A DNA stretch of 64,000 nucleotides from the NCBI GenBank assembly GCA_001777665.1, contig MFEQ01000004.1, forward strand, positions 129,331 through 193,330, read 5' to 3'. A model generated the notes under the pieces. That model was not told the DNA's origin, did no database searches, and saw only the letters and a list, made by a program, of their open reading frames with translations. The stretch comes from Candidatus Doudnabacteria bacterium RIFCSPHIGHO2_02_FULL_42_25 (GTDB taxonomy: Bacteria; Patescibacteriota; Doudnabacteria; UBA920; O2-02-FULL-48-8). Positions 1-8,361 of this stretch are shown piece by piece (position 1 is the first letter of the stretch; the number at the start of each line of letters is the position of its first letter). A program made the translations under genes and the position numbers.

Positions 1-1143
1 CTCCATCTAAAAACCCAAGAAGATAAACTGAAAAAACAACGTGCTGAATACCAAAAAACTTTTAGCCGCAAAGGAGTCGGTACTCCAAACATGCAGATTA
101 CTTCCGAAGATATCGGTCGTACCGTTTCAAACATCACGAAAATTCCATTGACCAAACTTCTCAAGTCCGAAAGCAAAAAACTGATTGGCCTCGAAAAAAT
201 CATGCAAGCACGAATCGTCGGTCAGGACGATGCCATCAAAATCATTGCTTCTGCCATCCGACGTTCCCGTGCAGGCATTACCTCTCCGAAACGTCCTATC
301 GCCTCTTTCCTATTCTTGGGCCCTACTGGAGTGGGGAAAACAGAAACCGCAAAAGTTTTAGCGGAAGAAGTGTTTGAAAACAAAGACGCCTTGATCCGCG
401 TCGATATGTCTGAATTCATGGAACGCCACAATGTCGCGAGACTGATCGGTGCACCTGCTGGATACGTAGGCTATGAAGAAGGCGGACGTCTGACCGAAGA
501 AATTCGCAAAAAACCGTATGCTGTGATTCTCTTCGATGAAATCGAAAAAGCTCATCCAGATGTGTTCAATATTCTGTTACAAATTCTCGAAGAAGGCGAA
601 CTGACTGATGCCGCAGGTAAACGAGTCAATTTCAGAAATACTTTAATTATCATGACGTCTAATATTGGGTTGAGTGATCTGACGAAACAAGCTGGTAGCA
701 TTGGATTTAGCTCTTCCGAAGATGCCAGGTCAAAGGCTGAAACTGAATACGATCGGGTCAAAGAACGAGTATTGGAATCACTACGACAAACGATGCGACC
801 AGAGTTGCTCAATCGAATTGATAAATCAGTGGTGTTTCGACCATTGGGTATCGAAGAAATCAAAAAAATTGTACTCCTGGAACTCAACAATCTCGTAGCT
901 AGAATCATGAAGCATCAAAGCATTTCCCTGTCATACGATAAAGATGTTCTGAAGTTTATCGCAGATAAAAGCTACGACCCCGCCCAAGGTGCTAGACTTA
1001 TTCGCCGCAACGTCCAAGAGTTGATCGAAGATGTCGTTGCCGAAAAAATCATTACTGGTGAAGTAGTAGAAATGTCGGAAGCTAAAATTGCTCTCGAAAA
1101 CGACAAGATCCAAATCAAAGTAGTGGAGTTAGCAAAAGTTTAG
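1..1143 (+). CDS. Hsp100/Clp-family AAA+ chaperone ATPase (ClpC/ClpB-like), C-terminal portion; 5' end lies outside the window
   Basis: Frame 1 is open from nt 1. It contains the second AAA+ module (Walker A GPTGVGKT, RVDMSEF...GYVGY, ILFDEIEKAHPDVFNILLQILEEG) and a C-terminal D2-small domain. Confidence 0.8.
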   Translation, partial: LHLKTQEDKLKKQRAEYQKTFSRKGVGTPNMQITSEDIGRTVSNITKIPLTKLLKSESKKLIGLEKIMQARIVGQDDAIKIIASAIRRSRAGITSPKRPIASFLFLGPTGVGKTETAKVLAEEVFENKDALIRVDMSEFMERHNVARLIGAPAGYVGYEEGGRLTEEIRKKPYAVILFDEIEKAHPDVFNILLQILEEGELTDAAGKRVNFRNTLIIMTSNIGLSDLTKQAGSIGFSSSEDARSKAETEYDRVKERVLESLRQTMRPELLNRIDKSVVFRPLGIEEIKKIVLLELNNLVARIMKHQSISLSYDKDVLKFIADKSYDPAQGARLIRRNVQELIEDVVAEKIITGEVVEMSEAKIALENDKIQIKVVELAKV

Positions 1144-1177
1144 AAATTAGGTCAATTAGGTTAATTAGAAAATTCAC

Positions 1178-1888
1178 ATGAGAGTAATAGAGGATCTTAA
1201 AAAGCTAGGCAGCAGCATAGTTGACCTAGTCTTTCCTGTTTCTTGCATTGTTTGTGGTAAAGATGGAAGCTACCTCTGTGAAGAAAGTAAAAATAAATTA
1301 ACGAGACTAGAATTCCAGCAATGTTTAGTCTGTCAGCAGCCGGCTCCATTTGGAAAAACCCATCCGCAATGCGTGACCAGGAATTCTGTGGATGGAGCGC
1401 TTTCAGCACTGACTCACAAAAATAAACATGTTCATAAAGTTATCGAAGTATTCAAGTATAATTTTGTTTCGAGTTTAGCTAATCCTCTTTCGGAATTGAT
1501 CGTGAAAACTATCAACAAACAAGGACTCGAAGGCTACTTCGAAGATTTTATTGTCGTACCAATTCCCCTACATCGACGACGTCACAATTGGCGAGGATTC
1601 AACCAAGCTCTCCTACTCGCCGAAACTCTTGCCTCTAAACTTGGGCTTAAAATAGACAACCGAATGGTCGTCAGATCAAAGTTCACCAAACCTCAAGTTA
1701 AACTCAAAGCTGATGAACGAAAACGTAATATCGAAAATGCTTTTTCATTAATTGGCGATGTTACAAACAAAAAAATTCTGTTAGTCGACGATGTCATCAC
1801 TTCAGGATCGACAGCGAATGAGTTAGCTAAATTACTTAAACGCGCTCATGCCAGCGAAGTCTGGATCGCCAGTGCTGCGCATGGATAA
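1178..1888 (+). CDS. comFC: ComF-family phosphoribosyltransferase (ComFC-like competence protein)
   Basis: N-terminal Cys-rich zinc-finger-like segment (CIVCG...C) followed by a PRTase fold with the LLVDDVITSGST motif. Confidence 0.7.
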   Translation: MRVIEDLKKLGSSIVDLVFPVSCIVCGKDGSYLCEESKNKLTRLEFQQCLVCQQPAPFGKTHPQCVTRNSVDGALSALTHKNKHVHKVIEVFKYNFVSSLANPLSELIVKTINKQGLEGYFEDFIVVPIPLHRRRHNWRGFNQALLLAETLASKLGLKIDNRMVVRSKFTKPQVKLKADERKRNIENAFSLIGDVTNKKILLVDDVITSGSTANELAKLLKRAHASEVWIASAAHG

Positions 1889-1916
1889 TCGCCTCCGGGG
1901 CGATTAATCATGATGC

Positions 1917-1944
1917 TTGACAAATTCTGCCAATTTGCTATTAT
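1917..1944 (+). promoter_or_regulatory. Promoter-like TTGACA-16nt-TATTAT in the convergent comFC/recQ gap
   Basis: Near-consensus -35 and -10 hexamers read directly from the sequence. Confidence 0.35.
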
Positions 1945-1950
1945 TGTTTT

Positions 1951-2058
1951 GTCCGAATACTTCCGTATGGTGGGTGCCTACTCCTTTTGACGGGTAGGAT
2001 AGGAACAGCCAACCTCTTTACAATGTTGGGTTGCCGAGCCATTGACAGCTCGGTTTTA
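1951..2058 (+). ncRNA. Candidate small RNA of about 105 nt (unassigned) between the promoter-like site and a stem-loop plus T-run
   Basis: Three hairpins: cctac...gtagg, ccaac...gttgg and ccgagc-N7-gctcgg followed by tttt. No ORF. Lies in a convergent gap. Confidence 0.2.
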
Positions 2059-2144
2059 AATTTCTCTGATGATGTTTCTTTTGCTGAATTTCTCAAATAT
2101 TATTTGAGCATACTCTTGATCTAAAGTTTTTGCATTTTATCAGG

Positions 2145-3929
2145 TTATTTTTGTAAAAAAATTCTAGCTAAACGCAACTCGTCAAAAGAGAACTCATCCC
2201 CTAGCAAATCTCTGGCGGGTGTCAAATTCCAGGTTTGAGACTTTTCGAAAGCCTCTTTAATTTTATCGAGACGTTTTAAATCAGGTCTTAGATACTCTAT
2301 ATCTAAATCTGGGTTTTTCTTTACAATTTTCTCTATATGATCAATGATTGTTCCAGGAACACAAGTGCGTCGGTTTGCGATTTCCTCGATACTCAACTTT
2401 TGATTCAACAAATCTAATGTTTGATAATGAGTCATGCCTAAATTCAACTCTCGCTTTGGCAATTCTTCTTTATACCCTTTGCGTAATGAATATTGTTTTA
2501 TCAAATCTAAAAATATTTGACCAAATTGCGCCAGCTTCTGATTGCCCACCCCTGTGATCCTTAGCAGGGTCGTTGAGCTTTGCGGAAAATAAGTCGACAT
2601 TTCTTGCAAGGTTTTATTACCAAAAATAACATAAGGTGGCATACCTAATTGATCAGCGATCTGTTTCCGTAGTTCTTTCAGTAAATCAAATAACTCGTGG
2701 TCGTATTTTTTGTCTTCTATGGCGGAAGCTAATTTCAAACATAAATCGCAAGCATTACAATTTTTATTCTGATAATTTTCTCCAAAATATTGTAATAGAT
2801 ACTTTCGGCGGCAATCTCTAAGCTCGCCAAACTTCAGAACTTGCTCCAATTTCTCCCAGGCTTTTTCCTGTTCTAATTCATCTTCCATCATATTAATAAA
2901 GTATTCATGCTTGCGCTGATCAGCCGGATCAAAAAATAAAACACACTCTGAAGGCAAACTATCTCGACCTGCCCTGCCGGTTTCCTGATAATAACTCTCG
3001 ATGGATCTCGGAAGATCGGTATGGACCACCATTCGCACATCTGGCTTATCTATCCCCATTCCAAACGCTATAGTAGCCGCAATAACATTAATCTTATCTT
3101 TGATAAATAAATCTTGAATTTGTGTTCGATCTGCAGATTCCATTCCGGCATGATAAGCTCTAGCCTTAAATCCTCTTATAGTCAAAACTTGTGCCATTTT
3201 TTCTGTGTCTTTGCGCGAAAAACAATAAATAATGACACTTTCATTTCGATGCTTCTCAAGTAAGTCAAAGAGTTGCCCATATAAATCCCGTTTATCTAAC
3301 ACACGATAAGTCAAGTTGGGACGATCGAAACTGGAGATAAATACTTTAGCATCTTCTAAAGATAATTGGCCTAGAATATCAGTTCGCACTTGCTCTGTAG
3401 CCGTTGCGGTCAAAGCAATCACAGGAATATCAGGAAACAGCTCTCGAAGAATAGTTAAATTTCTGTAGTCGGGACGGAAATCGTGCCCCCACTCCGAGAT
3501 GCAATGCGCCTCATCAATCGCGATTAGATTTACATTTATCAACTGCAGAAAATCAGTAAATCCAGGAAGCAATATTCTTTCTGGTGCTACATACAAAATT
3601 TTAACCACGCCACTAATCACCCTCTTTTCAATTTCAGAAATTTCTTGAGGAGCCAGGGAACTATTGATAAAATCTGCCGAAATCCCGTTCGCGCGCAATT
3701 GATCCACTTGGTCTTTCATCAAGGAAATTAACGGAGAAACAACAACTGTTAATCCTTCAAAAACTATGGCTGGTAGCTGGTAGCAAAGTGACTTACCTCC
3801 ACCAGTAGGCATAAGCACCAAGGAATTCTCTTTATTCAAAACACGCTTGATAATTTCTTCTTGCAGTGGTCTAAACTGCTCATATCCAAAATGTTTTTTA
3901 AGTAAATCTTGCATAAATAAAAGCGGCAA
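2145..3929 (-). CDS. recQ: ATP-dependent DNA helicase RecQ
   Basis: Helicase motifs (MPTGGGKSLCYQLP, DEAHCISEWGHDFR) plus the RecQ C-terminal and HRDC region. The true start is probably MQDLLKK, a few codons inside the ORF. Confidence 0.9.
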   Translation of the reverse strand: MPLLFMQDLLKKHFGYEQFRPLQEEIIKRVLNKENSLVLMPTGGGKSLCYQLPAIVFEGLTVVVSPLISLMKDQVDQLRANGISADFINSSLAPQEISEIEKRVISGVVKILYVAPERILLPGFTDFLQLINVNLIAIDEAHCISEWGHDFRPDYRNLTILRELFPDIPVIALTATATEQVRTDILGQLSLEDAKVFISSFDRPNLTYRVLDKRDLYGQLFDLLEKHRNESVIIYCFSRKDTEKMAQVLTIRGFKARAYHAGMESADRTQIQDLFIKDKINVIAATIAFGMGIDKPDVRMVVHTDLPRSIESYYQETGRAGRDSLPSECVLFFDPADQRKHEYFINMMEDELEQEKAWEKLEQVLKFGELRDCRRKYLLQYFGENYQNKNCNACDLCLKLASAIEDKKYDHELFDLLKELRKQIADQLGMPPYVIFGNKTLQEMSTYFPQSSTTLLRITGVGNQKLAQFGQIFLDLIKQYSLRKGYKEELPKRELNLGMTHYQTLDLLNQKLSIEEIANRRTCVPGTIIDHIEKIVKKNPDLDIEYLRPDLKRLDKIKEAFEKSQTWNLTPARDLLGDEFSFDELRLARIFLQK

Positions 3930-3956
3930 CGCCGCCTTAATAATATTTAGATATCT

Positions 3957-4268
3957 TTAAGTTGCTATGGGACGATTTAGTTTCAAATCTTTAACATCTT
4001 TTTCTAACTTGTCCACACGTCCACCCAACCCATCCATAACCATTTCAAAACCCTCATTCATATAATCCTTTAGGTCTGATTTCATATCCAAAAGCTCTTC
4101 TTTCTTCGCTAAAACAGCAGTTTGCTTATCCAAAAGATCAGCAATCGCTTGTAAACTTTCTTCATCTAAGTTAACTTTTGGCTTATCTAACATAAAATTA
4201 TTATAAATTTTTAAAAATAAAACGGCAAACAATTGCCGACTCAATGTTTTTCTTACTTTATTATCCAC
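3957..4268 (-). CDS. Hypothetical coiled-coil protein
   Basis: ORF only. Acidic/basic heptad-like sequence. Start uncertain. Confidence 0.3.
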   Translation of the reverse strand: MDNKVRKTLSRQLFAVLFLKIYNNFMLDKPKVNLDEESLQAIADLLDKQTAVLAKKEELLDMKSDLKDYMNEGFEMVMDGLGGRVDKLEKDVKDLKLNRPIAT

Positions 4269-4311
4269 ATCGTAAACCCTAGCAATTATTTTGTCAAGAT
4301 TGTCTGCTTGC

Positions 4312-4941
4312 CTAAATTTCTGTTTCTTGTCCTAACTGTAAAACTCGATATTTAATTCCAGTGCCTTCCAAAAATTTATCCATGGCATTATTCATGAATG
4401 CTGGAAAGAGCCAAACCCCGTCATGAACAGGAAAGCAAACCCGGGGTTTGATCTGGCGAGCATAATCTATGGCTTCAGATAATTTCAGCCACGGTCCAGA
4501 TGTTGGTACAGCCAAAATTTCCACTGGCTTATTTGGATTTGTAAAATTATCCCCCGGATAAAACAACTGGTTGTTTATAAAATATCCGGTGTTTTCAGTT
4601 TCAGGAAAATTTCCATAAACTGCACCATGTTTGGTCCCGATGCCTTCGATCAAAATTCCCTGCTCTGCTATTGATTGACCATTGCCGACGACTGATACTT
4701 TTATATCTTCCGTTAACTTCGCTACCGAAGAATTAGTTATAACTTTTGCCCGCGGATTGTTTTTGAGAATAACTTTCAGTGCATCGAGATGAAAATGATC
4801 CGGATGTTCGTGGGTTATCAAAACAATATCAATGTTAATCAAACTTTCGTAGCCTTTCGAAAACAATCCCGGATCAGTCAAAATCCGAACGCCTTTTACA
4901 TCAATCAGCAAACAACAATGCCCAAACTTTGTAATTTTCAT
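4312..4941 (-). CDS. MBL-fold metallo-hydrolase
   Basis: HxHxDH motif (ITHEHPDHF) with downstream His/Asp ligands. Confidence 0.7.
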   Translation of the reverse strand: MKITKFGHCCLLIDVKGVRILTDPGLFSKGYESLINIDIVLITHEHPDHFHLDALKVILKNNPRAKVITNSSVAKLTEDIKVSVVGNGQSIAEQGILIEGIGTKHGAVYGNFPETENTGYFINNQLFYPGDNFTNPNKPVEILAVPTSGPWLKLSEAIDYARQIKPRVCFPVHDGVWLFPAFMNNAMDKFLEGTGIKYRVLQLGQETEI

Positions 4942-4947
4942 ATGGGA

Positions 4948-5373
4948 TTATGATGGAAAATCAGAAAGTAATTGAACAGCTGGCGATCCAATTACTTTAG
5001 CTAATTTTTCGTCGGCCGTAACAAGTGTTGCGTCGGATAAGATGGCAAGAGCCACATAAATTGCGTCATAAACCGAGATGTGATTTTGATGCGCAATTCG
5101 GACTGCTTCTTCTAAAACAGTATGGATAACTTCGACCACTTGAAAGGGCAGATTTTCCAAAATTTGATGAGCATTTATAACTTCCTCAATTTCTGAACCC
5201 GACTTCATCGTCAGCACGTTGGCAACTTCATAAAACAAAAGAGGAGGTACTAGCGTTCGTACCTCTCCCTGAGCGATCTGTTCTTGTAATATTATGGCGC
5301 GATCAGTATCTTTTTCCTCGTGGAACCACTTTATCACTACTGACGCATCGAGAACAATTAGATTAGCGGGCAT
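4948..5373 (-). CDS. PIN-domain ribonuclease (VapC-like toxin)
   Basis: N-terminal LIVLDASVVIKW with conserved acidic residues of the PIN fold. A small overlapping ORF lies upstream. Confidence 0.7.
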   Translation of the reverse strand: MPANLIVLDASVVIKWFHEEKDTDRAIILQEQIAQGEVRTLVPPLLFYEVANVLTMKSGSEIEEVINAHQILENLPFQVVEVIHTVLEEAVRIAHQNHISVYDAIYVALAILSDATLVTADEKLAKVIGSPAVQLLSDFPS

Positions 5374-5530
5374 AACGTATATCTCGAAGCACTTTCACTC
5401 CGTCCCAATCGCCGGTATCTTTAGTAATCTTCTTTCTGATTTCTTGAGTTTTTTTTAAAATTTCAACAGACCGAATTTGGCGTCGGTTTTGGATACTTTC
5501 CTTGACTTGTTGCTGTTTGGATTCCTTCAT
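5366..5530 (-). CDS. Small (about 54 aa) putative antitoxin ORF overlapping the PIN gene start
   Basis: MKESKQQQVKESIQNRRQIRSVEIL... Its stop overlaps the PIN ATG by 8 nt, the usual VapBC arrangement. It is below the 60-aa cutoff of the ORF track. Confidence 0.4.
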
Positions 5531-5618
5531 TTTTTTATTATAACTTTAAGGATTATTAAGGTCAATGTTGCGTGTTGACAACATTTCTAAAACAAAATCG
5601 GCTCGAACCATATTTTAT

Positions 5619-5711
5619 TGGCGGAGGCGGCAGGATTCGAACCTGCGGACCACTTTTAAGGCGGTCAACTCATTAGCAGTGAGCTGCTTTCGGCCACTCA
5701 GCCACGCCTCC
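5619..5711 (-). tRNA. tRNA-Ser (anticodon GCT)
   Basis: Reverse-complement cloverleaf: acceptor GGAGGCG, anticodon loop CUGCUAA, long variable arm, T-loop GGTTCGAATCC, CCA encoded. Confidence 0.9.
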
Positions 5712-5807
5712 ACACAGCTCATTTTAGCCCAAATTTGGGTCTTTAGTCAATTATGTTACAATCAATTTGACATTGTAACAGTTTATTGGAATAATGCGTC
5801 TTAACTT

Positions 5808-6353
5808 ATGAAAGAAGAACTATTAAAAGACATATTCAAGAAAGCTCAAAGCGGTGACGACGAAGCCTTCGGGTTGATTTATGACCACTTTGCTGGTAAG
5901 ATTTATAAATTCATCTTCTTTCGGGTCAGCCATACCCAAGTAGCTGAAGATATTTTGGCTGACACTTTTATTAAAGGCTGGCAGAAATTAACGCAAGTTA
6001 ATTCCCCTGCTGCCCTCTCTGCCTGGCTATACCAAATAGCCAAAAATAATATCATCGATTACTACCGTATCAAGAAAGATTCCGTGGACCTAGCGGAAGT
6101 CGAAAACTTTCTGGAAGACGAAACTGATATTGTCGATGAAGCTAACTTAACCATTGACCAGCAGAAAATTTTAGTGCTGATCGAGGAACTACCGGAAGAA
6201 CAAAAGCAGATAATTAAATACAAATTTTTAGAAGAATTAGAAAACGAAGAGATCGCATACATCACTGGTAAAAGCGAAGGTGCGATTCGAGTCATTCAAC
6301 ACAGAGCAATCAGCAAACTGAAAGAGTTGCTAAATAAAAAATATGCCCAATAA
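5808..6353 (+). CDS. RNA polymerase sigma-70 family (ECF-type) sigma factor
   Basis: Region 2 (ADTFIKGWQKL) and region 4 helix-turn-helix (EIAYITGKSEGAIRVIQHRAISKL). Confidence 0.8.
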   Translation: MKEELLKDIFKKAQSGDDEAFGLIYDHFAGKIYKFIFFRVSHTQVAEDILADTFIKGWQKLTQVNSPAALSAWLYQIAKNNIIDYYRIKKDSVDLAEVENFLEDETDIVDEANLTIDQQKILVLIEELPEEQKQIIKYKFLEELENEEIAYITGKSEGAIRVIQHRAISKLKELLNKKYAQ

Positions 6354-6361
6354 TACAACTT

Positions 6362-7279
6362 ATGGCAATTGATGAACATCAAATTGAAAAGCTTCTAAAA
6401 TCTCTGCCGAAAAATCAGGTGCCGCTTTTTGATACTAAAAAAATCAGGACCTATGTTCTGGATCACATTGCCCTTCCTCAACCCGAACCTTCCAAGTCCT
6501 GGGGCTTTATGCCTATTCTTCGATTCGGAGCTGGAACGATTGCAGGCTTATTCATTGTCATGAGTTTGATGATGGGCACTGCGGTTGCCGCTTTAGAAAG
6601 TGTCCCTGGTTCTGCGATCTACCCTCTGAAAAGAGTGGTGGAAAACATTCAACTGAAACTCACGCCGAATGATCAGAAAACAAACCTTCAGCTGAAATTT
6701 GCTAACAACCGAATTGTAGAATTGCAAGAAGTTTTGGAACAGAAAGAGGAAGGAAAAATTTCGGACGAGCAGGCGTCCACAATTGTCGCCAATACTGTGA
6801 AAGATATTCAAAAAACCACTGCTGCTGCAGTAGCCAATTCCACTACAACCAAGTCGGCTTCCGTCGCGAATAAATTAGCTGATATTAGTAACAAACTCCT
6901 TGCCGCATCCGTTAAAAGTGAAGGACAAGTAAAAATTGAGCTGGAAAAAGCCATAGAATCAACACAGATTAGCCAAGCCGAAGCTATTGCAAATATAGAA
7001 AATGCCGGTTTAAAAGTTGAAAATTCCCCAATCGCTATTGAAGAGACTATAACAGCTTCAGGCAAGCTCACTGCGGTAACCACGGATTCAGTAAGCATCG
7101 GTACAGCCAAATTTTTACTCGATGATGAAACAAAATTTGTCGGCTTTACTCAAATTGAGTTGAAAGCTGGGTTGGTCGTTGACATTGTAGGAAAAATTGA
7201 AGATAATATTACTTACGCGACCGAAATTAAATTGGTAATCGAAATTCCAGAATCTGATACCACAGACGAAACTCAGTAA
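6362..7279 (+). CDS. Membrane-anchored DUF5667-like protein, putative anti-sigma partner
   Basis: Lies immediately after the sigma factor. Single TM segment (AGTIAGLFIVMSLMMGTAV) followed by a coiled-coil extracytoplasmic part. Confidence 0.45.
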   Translation: MAIDEHQIEKLLKSLPKNQVPLFDTKKIRTYVLDHIALPQPEPSKSWGFMPILRFGAGTIAGLFIVMSLMMGTAVAALESVPGSAIYPLKRVVENIQLKLTPNDQKTNLQLKFANNRIVELQEVLEQKEEGKISDEQASTIVANTVKDIQKTTAAAVANSTTTKSASVANKLADISNKLLAASVKSEGQVKIELEKAIESTQISQAEAIANIENAGLKVENSPIAIEETITASGKLTAVTTDSVSIGTAKFLLDDETKFVGFTQIELKAGLVVDIVGKIEDNITYATEIKLVIEIPESDTTDETQ

Positions 7280-7282
7280 GCG

Positions 7283-7316
7283 CCTGCCTGCCGGTAGGCA
7301 GGTATTCACTTTTATA
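7283..7316 (+). terminator. Rho-independent terminator hairpin CCTGCCTGCCGGTAGGCAGG plus a T-rich tail
   Basis: Perfect GC-rich stem directly after the stop codon. It is one copy of a recurring palindrome family also seen at 62678 and 63107. Confidence 0.6.
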
Positions 7317-7381
7317 ATTATGGTTTAATTCCATAATTAAAATCAGCCAAGAAATAAAGCTGAAAGTTCATATGCGGACAA

Positions 7382-7410
7382 AGACCGTAGCGAAAGCTAC
7401 GGTCTTTTCC
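7382..7410 (+). terminator. Terminator-like hairpin agaccgtagc-gaaa-gctacggtct followed by tttt
   Basis: 10-bp stem, GAAA loop, T-run. Confidence 0.5.
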
Positions 7411-7444
7411 GAGATTAAGAAAAATGCTAGAATAATAACATTGC

Positions 7445-7534
7445 GGAGAGGTGCGAGAGTGGTTTAATCGGACAGTCTTGAAAACTGTTGAGGATTCACG
7501 TCCTCCGTGGGTTCGAATCCCACCCTCTCCGCCA
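7445..7534 (+). tRNA. tRNA-Ser (anticodon TGA)
   Basis: Acceptor GGAGAGG / CCTCTCC-G-CCA, anticodon loop CUUGAAA, long variable arm, T-loop GGTTCGAATCC. Confidence 0.9.
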
Positions 7535-7648
7535 ATAAAAAAATATGGATCCCGTTAGAATTTGTGCATAGCAAACTTGTTCAAAAAATAATATCTGACG
7601 CGGAACTATAATTATTTAAACTATTAACTAATCATTAATTCTAACGGG

Positions 7649-8125
7649 ATGGACAAAAAAATTCCTGACACAATAACTTGGCAAGCTCCAAGTCATCAAG
7701 AGCACAAACGATCTCCAGCCTGGTATCTCTTTTTATTCTTAGTTGGATTTGGCTTAATCGCTTACGCTATTTATTCTCAAAGCATTCTTACAGGAATTAC
7801 CTTTGGTTTGATTATCCTGGTAATATTAGTAATTTCTACCCAAAAACCTCGAGCAGTTACTTACAAAATTACGAAGACTGGAATTGCGGCCGATAAACTT
7901 GTGTACCCGTTTAAAGTTATCAAGAAGTTTTGGATAATTTACGAACCGCCGCATGTCAAAACTTTAAATTTGGAAACCTCGGCCTATTTGAATAATCGTG
8001 TAATAATCCAATTGGGTAAAGAAGATCCGATGATTATAAAATTATTTTTAAGTCAATTTTTAAAAGAAGACCTGGATAAAGAAGAAACGTTTTCTGATAA
8101 ACTAGCTAGAAGTCTGAAAATCTGA
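7649..8125 (+). CDS. Hypothetical membrane protein (two TM helices)
   Basis: ORF with hydrophobic segments LFLFLVGFGLIAYAIY and ITFGLIILVILVI. Confidence 0.5.
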   Translation: MDKKIPDTITWQAPSHQEHKRSPAWYLFLFLVGFGLIAYAIYSQSILTGITFGLIILVILVISTQKPRAVTYKITKTGIAADKLVYPFKVIKKFWIIYEPPHVKTLNLETSAYLNNRVIIQLGKEDPMIIKLFLSQFLKEDLDKEETFSDKLARSLKI

Positions 8126-8243
8126 TATTATATATTGCAGTTTTCAAATCAAAATGCCAACGAAGTGCATTTTGATTTGAGAGGAGCAATAGATGTTCGC
8201 AGCAGCCGTCAGAACGGATGCGAAGATCAGCTAATTGCGACGA

Positions 8244-8318
8244 GCACCCGTCGTTCAATGGATAGGACACGAGATTGCGGATCTTGTAATCGAGGTTCGA
8301 TTCCTCGCGGGTGCACCA
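8244..8318 (+). tRNA. tRNA-Arg with the unusual anticodon GCG
   Basis: Cloverleaf GCACCCG...CGGGTGC-A-CCA, D-loop AATGGATA, anticodon stem CGAGA/TCTTG with loop TTGCGGA, T-arm CGAGGTTCGATTCCTCG. It closely resembles E. coli tRNA-Arg(ACG) but has G34. Confidence 0.75.
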
Positions 8319-8361
8319 AAAGAGCGGCAAGAATTTGCTGTTTTTTTGTTATAATAAGTCC

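Noticed and set aside
1886-1909. Hairpin taatcgcc-tccgg-ggcgatta overlapping the comFC stop, considered as a terminator
   Set aside because: No T-run follows. It may be a weak or factor-dependent terminator or a protein-binding palindrome. Not called.
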